Assembly: GCA_963667175.2 (NCBI GenBank)
Contig: CAXXXF010000003.1
Location: 448,001 to 512,000, forward strand
Direction of reading: 5' to 3'
DNA from: Candidatus Latescibacterota bacterium
Lineage (GTDB): Bacteria; Latescibacterota; UBA2968; GCA-2709665
Length of the DNA stretch: 64,000 nt
Below are positions 51,039 to 60,435 of the stretch, in pieces. The notes under the pieces are model-generated. The model did not search any database. It saw nothing but the letters and a program-made list of their open reading frames with translations, and was not told the DNA's origin. How positions within the stretch are numbered: the stretch's first letter is position 1; every line of letters starts with the position of its first letter. Made by a program: the position numbers and the translations under genes.

Positions 51039-51123
51039 CACTCCCCCCTTGAGGGGGAGTCGCAGAAGCCGAGCCGATCCCTGAGCTTGTCGAAGGGCTG
51101 GCGATGGCTGATGCGGTGGGGGG
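51039..51123. repeat. REP-like composite palindrome with a nested 19-bp unit
   Basis: ACTCCCCC/GGGGGAGT hairpin followed by a second imperfect hairpin containing CCCTGAGCTTGTCGAAGGG (51079-51097). Confidence 0.6.
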
Positions 51124-51214
51124 ATTCCAACGCCTTTCGTCGGCTGTCAGCAGGAAAAACATGACCGCACGTTGCGTATAAGTCGAACAGTAAGGTCAAA
51201 CAGCCACGGAGTTC

Positions 51215-51373
51215 GTGCACGCCGTCGATGATCTACTGACCTGGAACTTCAAGCACATCGACAATGCGCTGATCAAGCCGCAGTTTCGGGCAATATGCCT
51301 GAAACACGGTTATCCTAGCCCCGAAATCTGCACCCCCCAGGAGATGGTCGGAGGTCTGCCCGATGAAAGATGA
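51215..51373 (+). pseudogene. C-terminal remnant of PIN-domain (VapC-like) toxin
   Basis: DLLTWNFKHIDN...GYPSPEICTPQEM; N-terminal part missing. Confidence 0.7.
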
Positions 51374-51545
51374 AGTCATCGTCGCCCTGTGGAAGATCAA
51401 AGAAGAAATCGCACGGGAGCACGAATATGACGTGGACCGTCTGGGCGCAATGGTCCGCGAAAAAGAGCGTGAGTACGCGTACAGAGTCGTAGACCGGGCA
51501 CGTTCGAAGAAATCGGATACCTGCCAGGATTTCGGAGATTCGTAA
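51363..51545 (+). CDS. Small protein, likely partner of the PIN toxin
   Basis: GGAGG RBS; MKDEVIVALWKIKEEIAREHEYDVDRL; overlaps PIN remnant stop. Confidence 0.65.
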   Translation: MKDEVIVALWKIKEEIAREHEYDVDRLGAMVREKEREYAYRVVDRARSKKSDTCQDFGDS

Positions 51546-51592
51546 TACAAACGTCACTCATCACGCGATCGCCGTAACAGCGAGGAATTGTC

Positions 51593-52279
51593 ATGTCGTC
51601 CCTTCCTGTTGGTGAGGTCGTACAACCCATCGCACGTGTCGACGCGCCTCGACGGACGGACTACGAAGGCGAGTTCATTACCCTGTCGCCGGTCCGCCCG
51701 GAGGTCGATTCCGCGGAATTGTTCGCAGGCTCTCACGGGTCGGGCTTGAAGGAACAGATATGGACCTACATGGGATACGGCCCCTTCGATAGCGAACACC
51801 AGATGCGAAATTGGCTCGAGGAACGCGCAGGGTCGGACGACCCGCTCTTCCTGACCGTCCGCCACCGCGATTCCGGGCGGCGGGTCGGGATGGCGAGTTT
51901 CCTGAACATCGCTTCAGATATGCTATGTCTCGAACTCGGCCACATCTGGTATTCCCCGGATTCCCAGAGGTCGAACGTAAACACCGAGGCTGTCTATCTG
52001 ATGCTTTGCGAGGCTTTCGACAGGCTGAAATACCGTAGGGTTGAATGGAAGTGCGATTCGCTGAATGAACGTTCACGAAAAGCGGCGATTCGTCTCGGTT
52101 TCAGGTTCGAAGGGATCTTCAGACAGCACATGATCATCAAGGGACGCAATAGGGACACCGCCTGGTACGCACTATTGGATAGCCAGTGGCCGGCGGTAAA
52201 GAAAAACCTGCGGACATGGCTGTATCACAACCCGGACCGGCGGCTGTCATTGACTGAGCTCAACAGCAAAACGCCCTGA
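51593..52279 (+). CDS. GNAT acetyltransferase (RimJ/RimL family)
   Basis: ELGHIW, YRRVEWKCD, RLGFRFEG, GRNRDTAW. Confidence 0.9.
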   Translation: MSSLPVGEVVQPIARVDAPRRTDYEGEFITLSPVRPEVDSAELFAGSHGSGLKEQIWTYMGYGPFDSEHQMRNWLEERAGSDDPLFLTVRHRDSGRRVGMASFLNIASDMLCLELGHIWYSPDSQRSNVNTEAVYLMLCEAFDRLKYRRVEWKCDSLNERSRKAAIRLGFRFEGIFRQHMIIKGRNRDTAWYALLDSQWPAVKKNLRTWLYHNPDRRLSLTELNSKTP

Positions 52280-52531
52280 GGCGGGCCAAACGGATGAAAC
52301 GTCCATACCTTGTTTCGGCAGGTGGACAATTCCGCCGAAACACCCTTCGTTTCACAAATGGTACATACGGTTTGCGCAATGGCACTTCCACCGGACAGTC
52401 TTGCAGGCGGAACTCAGTGTGCCACCAGGATCAGTTGGCTTGGAATTTGCCTTGTTGATCCCTGATCGTAAGGGTAAATTTGAATTGTTTCTTACAGATT
52501 CAATTGGATTAAAATCGAAATGGGGCATGAC

Positions 52532-52759
52532 ATGGAAACAAAGGTGGTACAAATTCGTGTTAGCAGTGAAGCAGCTGAGGCCTATCAGACAGCTTACAAA
52601 GCGGAACAACGAAAGATGAATGCCATGCTCAGCCTCAAACTTAGCGAGATCGGACGAGCGAAACGGCCGCTTGAGGTTGTAATGAGCGAGATTGGTCGCA
52701 AGGCGCAAGATCGAGGCATTACGGCGGAGATTCTGGAGTCCATCCTGAATGAACAGTAA
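52532..52759 (+). CDS. Small putative antitoxin-like protein
   Basis: IRVSSEAAEAY...MSEIGRKAQDRGITAEILESIL pattern. Confidence 0.6.
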   Translation: METKVVQIRVSSEAAEAYQTAYKAEQRKMNAMLSLKLSEIGRAKRPLEVVMSEIGRKAQDRGITAEILESILNEQ

Positions 52760-53073
52760 TGCCCGCGCGGCAACGCATGCTCAGGGAGCGGCTCAGGATT
52801 CGAGGTCAATGGTGTGTAATAATGTAGACTGTAGAGTGCTCCGCTTAACCTCAATTCGACAAAAGCAGCAACGCTCCACCGCGACAAGACCTTCCGAATT
52901 GGGCCGAAAAGGTCGTCAGGAAGGACATTTTTTCCGTTTACATCAAGTGACCTGAAGCATCATAGAAATCAGCAGTTAAATCGCCTTTATTCACTTGCAC
53001 AACTTCGAATTAACGTCCCCGAATAATGACGAATCAAGGTTAATGACAAACCAAACCCGGAGGTAAGCGACAT

Positions 53074-53481
53074 ATGACCCCATGGAAGATCAACCTGGAC
53101 GACGTGCCTGAAGAACATCAGGAATGGACGTGGAAGACCGGAAAGTACGAACGCTATCGCCGGCATGTCTCCGTCGCCCTTGGAAACACGCCGGAAACGC
53201 CGCATCCGTTCGACGTGGAACTGACCCGTCTGCCACCGGGCGCGCGTCCCTGTCCGGTGCACTCGCACGACCGTATGTGGGAGTTCTTCATCGTCGTATC
53301 GGGCCGCGCCGTGGTGGACCGCGAAGGGGAATCCACCGAAGCCGTCGCCGGAGACTGCTTCATGCAGCCGGCCTGCACGCGGCACCGGATCCGGAACGCC
53401 AGCGACACGGAAGACCTGGTCTTCTACGTGATCGCGAACGACCCCGGCGTTCCCATCGTGAGCCGCAAATACGAGGTCTGA
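53074..53481 (+). CDS. Cupin domain protein
   Basis: LPPG..CPVHSH...EFFIVVSG, H.I.N; GGAGG RBS. Confidence 0.85.
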   Translation: MTPWKINLDDVPEEHQEWTWKTGKYERYRRHVSVALGNTPETPHPFDVELTRLPPGARPCPVHSHDRMWEFFIVVSGRAVVDREGESTEAVAGDCFMQPACTRHRIRNASDTEDLVFYVIANDPGVPIVSRKYEV

Positions 53482-53620
53482 TCGGGCCGACGTAGCGCAC
53501 GGTCCTCCCGCCGCCGCCATCCGTCGCGAACGCCGAGCCCCCCGCACTGCGACGGGCCGGTCGATCGGTCCCCGTTTACTTCCTTGTCGCAGAATCCCCT
53601 CCTCCGCTCGTCTCGGGTAT

Positions 53621-54538
53621 GTGTTTGCATTCTTCGCCTGGGGATCAGAATTGGGGTTTTCCATCTCCGCCGGTGAGGTTTTCGGACTGACGTGCTCGTT
53701 CGTCTGGGCACTGAACAGCCTGATGGTGCGCACGCAGTCTCAGGCCATCCCGCCGGCGATGATGAACGGCATCCGGTGCGCCGTCGCGTCCGTCTTCTTC
53801 TGGGCGCTGCTCCCATTCGGCCCCCCGCTGTCCAGCTACACCCACGTCACCGGCACGGAATGGGCGCTCCTGGTGGGCGGGCTGCTGATCGGCATGGCCA
53901 TGGGCGAAACGATGTACCTGGCGGCGATCAGGGAGATCGGCGTTTCGCGCGCAATGGCGCTGTCGGGGACCTTCCCGCTGTCCACGTTCTTCTTCGAGTG
54001 GGCCCTGCTGCAGAATCCGTTCAGCCGGCGTTTCTTTCTCGGGATCTGCCTCGTGGCGCTGGGTGTGCTCTTTCTGTCGAGCCGGGCACGGCAGCCGGCC
54101 GGCGAGCGGCCCGACCGGCTGGCGCTGGGCGTGTTCCTCGCGCTGTTCGCCTGTCTGTTATGGGGGCTGAGCACGGTCATGCTCAAACCTGCGATTGCCC
54201 ACATGACGTCGGTGCAGGCCAACAGCGTCCGCGTGCCGCTCACCGCCGCGGTGCTCTTCCTGGCCCGGGCATGGGCGGGTCCGGTGATGCGCATCCGGGA
54301 TATCGATCGGCGTGCGCTGTTGATCGTGGCCGCCAGCGGCATCGTCGGCGTAGGCGCCGGATCCCTGTTCTACGTGATGGCGATCGACCGGATCGGACCC
54401 GCGAAGATGGCTACGCTGGCTTCCGTCTCTCCCGTCACAGGGATGTTGATGGCGGTTATCTTTCTCAAGGAAAAGCTGACGCTACGGCTGGTGGGTGGGG
54501 TGGTGCTGTGTGTGGCGGGGGTGTGGATGGTCCTTTAA
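53621..54538 (+). CDS. DMT/EamA family transporter
   Basis: About 10 TM helices in two repeats; IFLKEKL. Confidence 0.88.
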   Translation: MFAFFAWGSELGFSISAGEVFGLTCSFVWALNSLMVRTQSQAIPPAMMNGIRCAVASVFFWALLPFGPPLSSYTHVTGTEWALLVGGLLIGMAMGETMYLAAIREIGVSRAMALSGTFPLSTFFFEWALLQNPFSRRFFLGICLVALGVLFLSSRARQPAGERPDRLALGVFLALFACLLWGLSTVMLKPAIAHMTSVQANSVRVPLTAAVLFLARAWAGPVMRIRDIDRRALLIVAASGIVGVGAGSLFYVMAIDRIGPAKMATLASVSPVTGMLMAVIFLKEKLTLRLVGGVVLCVAGVWMVL

Positions 54539-54651
54539 GGCACGGGGAATGGCATGACCACGCACACTTGTGTGTGGATTGTTCCGCCGGGGACTCGTTT
54601 GCCATGACGGCATGCCTTTCTGTTTCGACTGGAATGGTGAGGAGTGGATCC

Positions 54652-55371
54652 ATGTTTCGCGAAATGATGGACGGTCTGTTTACCCGGGAATTGCTGGACG
54701 CACACACGGATGAATGGGGTATCGCCGGTTATTGCGGCCATCCGACGGCGGTGGGGTACTCGACCACGATCACGCCGGATGTGATTCGGACGGCGATTGA
54801 TCGCGGCGTAGACCTGATTGTCACCCATCACGATGCCTGGGATTTCATGTTCGAGCAGCGCGAGGAGGTAAGCGCTCTGCTGCGCCAGGGCGGGCTAACC
54901 CACGTCTGGGCGCACCTCCCGCTCGACCTGGCGGAATTCGGGACCTCCGCGATGCTGTTGTCGGAGTTGGGTTGCGCGCCTGTGGCGGTTCTGCAACACG
55001 CGGAAGGACGGGTGGGCGAACTTCCCGAACCCGAACCTCTGAACGCGGTGCGCGAGAGACTTTACGGATTGTTATCGGAGGAACCCTGCAGGGTACAGGA
55101 TGCGAATCGGTCCGTGAGGAGGGTAGCCACCGTAACGGGTGCCGGGTTTTATACGGACATCCTGAGAGACGCGCTGCAATACGATATCGACCTGTACGTC
55201 ACGGGGGAGACGAATCTCTATCTGCTGGAGTACGGGAAATACCGGAAGGTGAACGTGCTCGTGTACTCGCATAACTACACGGAGTTACCCGGCGTACGGG
55301 CCTTCGCGGAAAGAATCGCCGGCGCGCTCGGGCTCGAGCTGAAGGGACATCTGGGGGATTCTCATTGGTAG
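54652..55371 (+). CDS. NIF3-like dinuclear metal protein
   Basis: DLIVTHH, AHLPLD, TGAG, YVTGE, SHNYTE; GAGGAG RBS. Confidence 0.85.
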   Translation: MFREMMDGLFTRELLDAHTDEWGIAGYCGHPTAVGYSTTITPDVIRTAIDRGVDLIVTHHDAWDFMFEQREEVSALLRQGGLTHVWAHLPLDLAEFGTSAMLLSELGCAPVAVLQHAEGRVGELPEPEPLNAVRERLYGLLSEEPCRVQDANRSVRRVATVTGAGFYTDILRDALQYDIDLYVTGETNLYLLEYGKYRKVNVLVYSHNYTELPGVRAFAERIAGALGLELKGHLGDSHW

Positions 55372-55501
55372 TGGAATGTATTTCGACGACAACTCACGGA
55401 ACTACGGATGAATGATCTTCCGAATCACTGAATCTGCGTACGCCAGTCTATGAAATTTGGGAGACACGCAACCACGGAATTCTATGGACGGAGATTACGC
55501 G

Positions 55502-55762
55502 ATGTCGGATCGAGAGCGAAATACGATAGAATTGGAAAAGGTTGTTTCACGACATCCTGAAATTCACAGTGGAGACCTCGTTTTTGCAGGTACGCGGGTA
55601 CCGGTAGACAGCCTTGCCAATTATCTCAAAGAGGGGTACTCAATCGACGGGTTTCTCGATGATTTCCCTTCAGTGCAGCGATGGCAGATAGAATCATACC
55701 TCGATCTTGCGTCCGAGGGACTGGATTACCTGAGGGCTCAGAACGAGAGTGCTTCGCGTTGA
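55502..55762 (+). CDS. DUF433 family putative antitoxin
   Basis: PEIHSG..VFAGTRVPV...G.SID.FLDDFPSV. Confidence 0.85.
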   Translation: MSDRERNTIELEKVVSRHPEIHSGDLVFAGTRVPVDSLANYLKEGYSIDGFLDDFPSVQRWQIESYLDLASEGLDYLRAQNESASR

Positions 55763-55824
55763 AGATTTGGCGATTGACAGACACAGTCGTAGATGTTTCC
55801 TTTTCTGCTATCCCATTTGCGATC

Positions 55825-56313
55825 ATGGAAATGAGCCTTGCCGTCAAAATTCGGCGCGCCGTCAAGACGGACGTCCCGGCGCTTATTGACCTGGCGCAGC
55901 GGTCCTGGCTCTCCGGAAACTGCGAACTCGCCCCGATCGACGCGGTACAGGACTGGATGGAAACGGACCTCGAGACGAGGCGATATCCGGAGATATGGCC
56001 GAACGTCACGGTTGCGGAGCACCGGTCACGAATCCTGGGCCTCGCGTATGCCGACGGCCGGGAGGTCGCAGAACTGTGGGTTCACCCTTCATTTCAGAGG
56101 CGGAGCATCGGGAGCAGGTTGTTGCAGGCCTGCGAGCAGGAAATGCTCCGCGCGGGTCACGACGCCTCAAGACTGCAGTACTCAGAGTATAACGTGGCCG
56201 CGCCACACTTCTACCGTGCTCGCGGATACGTGGAGGTGAGCAGGTCGCGGGGCAGACTTCCATCCGGAGTGGAACGGGACATCATTGTCATGGAAAAAAT
56301 GCTGAACACCTGA
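55825..56313 (+). CDS. GNAT acetyltransferase
   Basis: LWVHPSFQRRSIGSRLL, FYRARGY. Confidence 0.85.
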   Translation: MEMSLAVKIRRAVKTDVPALIDLAQRSWLSGNCELAPIDAVQDWMETDLETRRYPEIWPNVTVAEHRSRILGLAYADGREVAELWVHPSFQRRSIGSRLLQACEQEMLRAGHDASRLQYSEYNVAAPHFYRARGYVEVSRSRGRLPSGVERDIIVMEKMLNT

Positions 56314-56403
56314 AAGACTCACGCGCCGTTCGCGGCCGATTCACCGGCGCTACCGCCCGGATAACGCAGCGCGATTCAACGTCTCGGGAGGAGGGTGCGA
56401 TCC

Positions 56404-56787
56404 GTGAAAGTCAAAGCGATTGACTTCGTGGTTTCCCACGTGACCGATACGAGGGAGGCGGTTCGTTTCTACCGGGACGTGCTCGGGATCGATCAGGACT
56501 TTATCGACGACGGCGGGATTTCCGGGGACGGCTCGAAGGACAGGTGGACGGAGTTCGACACCCGCCCGGTGACCCTGGCGCTTGCCCGGTGGGAAGAACA
56601 CGCGGGGCGTCCGGGGATCGCGCTCGCCGTGGACGACGTGGACGAGGCGGCGGAGGAACTGCGAGGGAAGGGCGTCGAAATCGTGATGGAACCGGCAGAC
56701 AGCGGGAGCTGCCGGATGGCCTGGATCAAGGACCCGTGGGGAAACCTGCTCTGTATCCATCGTCGAGACGACGGTTCGTGCGGATAG
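56404..56787 (+). CDS. VOC/glyoxalase family protein
   Basis: FYRDVLG, LAVDDVD, DPWGN. Confidence 0.88.
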   Translation: MKVKAIDFVVSHVTDTREAVRFYRDVLGIDQDFIDDGGISGDGSKDRWTEFDTRPVTLALARWEEHAGRPGIALAVDDVDEAAEELRGKGVEIVMEPADSGSCRMAWIKDPWGNLLCIHRRDDGSCG

Positions 56788-56840
56788 GCACGAACGCACT
56801 TTGGGTCGAAGTCCTATAGTCAGACTCTACGACGCGACAA

Positions 56841-57821
56841 ATGCACAGCTACGAACCACGAAAAAGGAGAAACAAGTTGATATATCAACCACCTGCAGAA
56901 TTACGGAGCCGAGCCCTGCAGTTGTTCTTCAAAGACGGTAGATCTGACGGCATGAGGACGGCCGAAATTTTCAATTGGTCCGGCCACGTGCTGATATCAC
57001 CACGCACACGTATCGGTGAAGCCCTGAAACGAACCGAAGCCAGGTATACCGGCGTATACCTTCTAACAGGTGATAAAGACGGTAAAGCATGCGTCTATAT
57101 TGGGGAAGCGATCGAATTGAGCGAGCGCATACGGCAACACGCCAGCAAGAAGGATTGGTGGAATACGGCGGTGATGGTTACAACTAGCGCGAACAATTTG
57201 AATAAAGCCCACGTGATGTTCCTGGAAGCGTGCCTGTTAGAGCAAGCACAGAAAGTAGACGAAGTTATCATTGACAATGACAGAACACCCAATAAACCCG
57301 AACTTTCAGAGCCCGACGAAGCAAACATGAAGGAATTCCTCGATTATACATTTATGGTCCTACCTGCAATAGGAATCGACTGCTTTATTCGGAGGACTCG
57401 GCCGCCGACTAAAGAGACCGGCGGTTCCGGCGGCGAGAACGAAACACAAAAATTCGAGCTATTCAATCGGAAAAACAACATTACTGCATACGCAAGGCTT
57501 GAAAACGGTGAATTTATCGTTGAGACGGGATCCCGCGCGAGATCTTCTTGGGCCAGCCAGCAGTCGGAACATACGTATGCGAGGTTGCACTCACAATTGC
57601 TGCGAACGGGCGTGATTGAGGAAAAGGAAGGCCCAAAATCACGGACTGATCAATCGAGAATCCACGTCTTCAGCGAGGACTGTGTATTCCAGAGTCCGAG
57701 TGCAGCTGCCGCCGTTGTAAACGGACGCCCGGCGAACGGCAGGACGGAATGGAAGATCAGGGGGCAAGACACAACATACGAACAATGGGAGAGGGATCAG
57801 CTTGATTCTCTAGTAATATAG
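56841..57821 (+). CDS. GIY-YIG nuclease family protein with DUF4357-like C-terminus
   Basis: GVYLL...YIGE...RIRQH..KDWW; F.SPSAAA.VV.GR.ANGR.EWK; lower GC. Confidence 0.85.
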   Translation: MHSYEPRKRRNKLIYQPPAELRSRALQLFFKDGRSDGMRTAEIFNWSGHVLISPRTRIGEALKRTEARYTGVYLLTGDKDGKACVYIGEAIELSERIRQHASKKDWWNTAVMVTTSANNLNKAHVMFLEACLLEQAQKVDEVIIDNDRTPNKPELSEPDEANMKEFLDYTFMVLPAIGIDCFIRRTRPPTKETGGSGGENETQKFELFNRKNNITAYARLENGEFIVETGSRARSSWASQQSEHTYARLHSQLLRTGVIEEKEGPKSRTDQSRIHVFSEDCVFQSPSAAAAVVNGRPANGRTEWKIRGQDTTYEQWERDQLDSLVI

Positions 57822-58160
57822 AGACCGGTCAAATGTCGTCATCGGCAATCTGTCACGCTATAGGTAGCACACAGAAGCGTAAACTTCGGTACAAATTCCG
57901 TGTCTTGAGTAAGTTGGGGTAATTCGCGGAAGGATGCCATCACCGTAGGCCGGGGTTTGGTCGCAATCTTCCTCAGCGCGATCGTTGCGAGGCCGCCGAA
58001 GAATTCGTGAAGGCAAGGGTACAAACACTTCCTAGGGCTTGCGCACCGAGCGGTTGTTGGGGAAGAGTCGATGGGACGATTCGAGGGCTGCAAAACAAAG
58101 CCTGCCAATAGCTATACTGGCAGGCAGGTTTTTGACGAAGCTATGAAGTGCGGTGAATTC

Positions 58161-58391
58161 TTAATCTTTTGTGTCTAACCTTGTTTCGTTTGCGGCGATG
58201 CGTTCCCCGAAAGAATCCAGGCGTTCGTCGATCTTGTCGAGGCGGACTTCGATTCTGTCAAAACGCTTGTCCAGCCGTTTTTCCAAGTCGCTTGTTATAT
58301 AGTATGCAAAACCAAAGTTGGACGCCATTAACGTAGCGACAGCGACAAACATTCGCATGGTCTCGACGGACCAAAACTTCCTTTCTTCCAT
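58161..58391 (-). CDS. Small membrane-anchored coiled-coil protein
   Basis: GGAGG RBS; hydrophobic helix then heptads LEKRLDKRFDRIEVRLDKIDERLD. Confidence 0.65.
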   Translation of the reverse strand: MEERKFWSVETMRMFVAVATLMASNFGFAYYITSDLEKRLDKRFDRIEVRLDKIDERLDSFGERIAANETRLDTKD

Positions 58392-58592
58392 CGTTAACCT
58401 CCGCAGTTGTCTTTTGCGCAACTCTTACATAAAAGTACGGCAAGGGAGTACTGTTTGTCAAGTGATTTTGCAAAAGTACCAGACTGTACGTTTGGCCGTG
58501 AGTACGTCGAGAATGTCGACCAGAAGCGCGACAATTCTTCCTCTCTAACCACGTCAGTTTCCGATATTCAGCTTTAAACGGGCCGATTTTCC

Positions 58593-59423
58593 ATGGTCGA
58601 CGAAATTTCTTCACGAAGCGACGACGAGACGACGCTCGGCGATGACGTCACAGGCGGTCTCGGCGAATTCCGGCTCATGCATCCGCCGGGGACGACGCCG
58701 GTCACGCCGGCCAGCAAGATTTCCATCGAGGCGATCGGCGCACATGGAGACCTGCTCGAGGGGACCGGCATCGACTGGGGAAGCGGCGGCGGCTGCCTGT
58801 CCATCATGGCCGCGCGGACACCCGGGGTAACCCGCGTTGTGGGCCTCGAAATCGATGAAACAAACGTATCCATAGCGAGGAGGAACGCCAGGTTGAACGG
58901 CGTCGAAGACAAAGTCACCGTCATGCGTTCGGATTCATACACTCCGTTCGCGGAGGGCGACAGGCGGACGCTCGATGCGGTGAAGGGGCGAGCGGATTTC
59001 CTCATCGCGAATCCCGATGCCAGCGACGATGACGACGGATTCGGATACAGGCGGGCCGTGCTTCGCGGCGCCAGGGAATATCTGCGCAACGGCGGCCGGG
59101 TCTTCCTGAGCATATCGTATCAATACGGCCAGACGAGGATTAAGGGGCTGGAGGAGGACGTCCCTGGATTCTACCACGAAGGCGTCCTGGCGAGAAGCGA
59201 GTGCGTCCCTTTCGATCTGGGGCGATCCGACCTGCTGAACTGCCTTAAAGTGTATGCACGGGAGGAATCAACAGGGGGCCTCGAATACGCGTTCTGCAAT
59301 CCCTTGCGACCGTCCCAGACGATGAACGCGCGGGCTTCGCTTGCGTTCTACGAACGGACCGGAAAATGTCCGCTGTCGCAGTGGCAGACGCATCTCTTCA
59401 GGTACTTGCCGGTCCGCCTGTAG
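58593..59423 (+). CDS. SAM-dependent methyltransferase (HemK/MTS-like)
   Basis: IDWGSGGGCLSI, GLEID, LIANP. Confidence 0.8.
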   Translation: MVDEISSRSDDETTLGDDVTGGLGEFRLMHPPGTTPVTPASKISIEAIGAHGDLLEGTGIDWGSGGGCLSIMAARTPGVTRVVGLEIDETNVSIARRNARLNGVEDKVTVMRSDSYTPFAEGDRRTLDAVKGRADFLIANPDASDDDDGFGYRRAVLRGAREYLRNGGRVFLSISYQYGQTRIKGLEEDVPGFYHEGVLARSECVPFDLGRSDLLNCLKVYAREESTGGLEYAFCNPLRPSQTMNARASLAFYERTGKCPLSQWQTHLFRYLPVRL

Positions 59424-59470
59424 CCACCCCTGCAGTGGCTTGTCCGGACATTGAGTGAGCGGACCTGAGG

Positions 59471-59528
59471 GTGGGGCCTGCCTGCAGCGCAGTTCGCTGC
59501 GCAGGCAGGCAGACATTCCTGTCTGCCC
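59471..59528. repeat. REP-like hairpin interrupted by a 33-bp CCTGCCTG...CAGGCAGG unit
   Basis: Removing 59477-59509 leaves GTGGGGCAGACATTCCTGTCTGCCC, a clean palindrome. Confidence 0.7.
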
Positions 59529-59570
59529 TTTGCATTCGCGCACGCGGGGAGCACACCTGGGGGCGCGGGA

Positions 59571-60332
59571 TCATCCCGATTTCGCGTCCGATTTGTGTAC
59601 GGCGACGAACTTGTCGATCTGGCGGAAGATCCTGTGCAGGGTCGCGACGTCGCGCCGGTCCATGGACAGGCGGCCGAAGAGGCGCCGTATGGACCGCGGG
59701 AAAGCCCTGGGCATATAGTCGGCCGGGAAGCCCAGCTTGTCCAGGCCGGACGCGATGTGGGCGTATAGGGACTCCATCTCTTCGAAGGACGGGTGATCCA
59801 GTTCCGGTTCTTCGCGGGGATCTGCCGCCGCGCGGTATAGTTCGTACCCGAAGATGAGCACGGCCTGGGAGAGGTTCAGCGAGGGATACCTGTGGGCCGT
59901 GGGGATATTCGCGATGATGCTGCACAGCCGCAATTCATCGTTGGTCAGGCCGTTTTCCTCCCGGCCGAAGACGAGGGCGGCTTCGTTGTCTCCCGGCAGG
60001 GAAACCAGCTTCTCCGCCGCGTGCCGGGGCCCGTACATGACGTCGAAGTGCTCCCGTTTCCTGTGGGTCGTGCCAACGGAGAGCACCGTGCCGGAGAGGG
60101 CTTCTTCGAGCGATTCACAGACGGTGGCGCCATAGAGTACGTCGCCCGAACCGTGCGCCATCTTTCGGGCGTCTCCGCACGTGTGGTCGGGCGGGTCCAC
60201 GAGGTAGAGCCTCGAGAGTCCCATGTTCTTCATAGCGCGTGCCACCGAGCCGACGTTGCCGGGCTCCTTGGCGCCCGTCAGGACAACGCGAACGCGGTCG
60301 AGCGCTTCCGGCGCCGTCGATTGTTGCCGCAT
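59571..60332 (-). CDS. trmJ: SPOUT RNA methyltransferase, TrmJ/LasT family
   Basis: PGNVGSVARAMKNMG, VFGREENGLTN, SLNLSQAV. Confidence 0.85.
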   Translation of the reverse strand: MRQQSTAPEALDRVRVVLTGAKEPGNVGSVARAMKNMGLSRLYLVDPPDHTCGDARKMAHGSGDVLYGATVCESLEEALSGTVLSVGTTHRKREHFDVMYGPRHAAEKLVSLPGDNEAALVFGREENGLTNDELRLCSIIANIPTAHRYPSLNLSQAVLIFGYELYRAAADPREEPELDHPSFEEMESLYAHIASGLDKLGFPADYMPRAFPRSIRRLFGRLSMDRRDVATLHRIFRQIDKFVAVHKSDAKSG

Positions 60333-60435
60333 TTGCTGCTCCTTGACTTATTTCGCAGCCGGCGCGCGTTCCCTGAAGGCGCGCTGTGAAGGCCGGTTCC
60401 CGCGCCTCCGTCGCGGCGTCGGGCCCGCCGGTCGG

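Noticed and set aside
53692-54651. 559-aa ORF as an N-terminally extended NIF3 protein
   Set aside because: The extension is an alternate frame of the DMT gene; NIF3 has its own RBS and ATG at 54652
58101-58132. Another CCTGCCTG micro-hairpin copy
   Set aside because: Left end is incomplete and the right flank is T, not C; more likely a terminator-like hairpin
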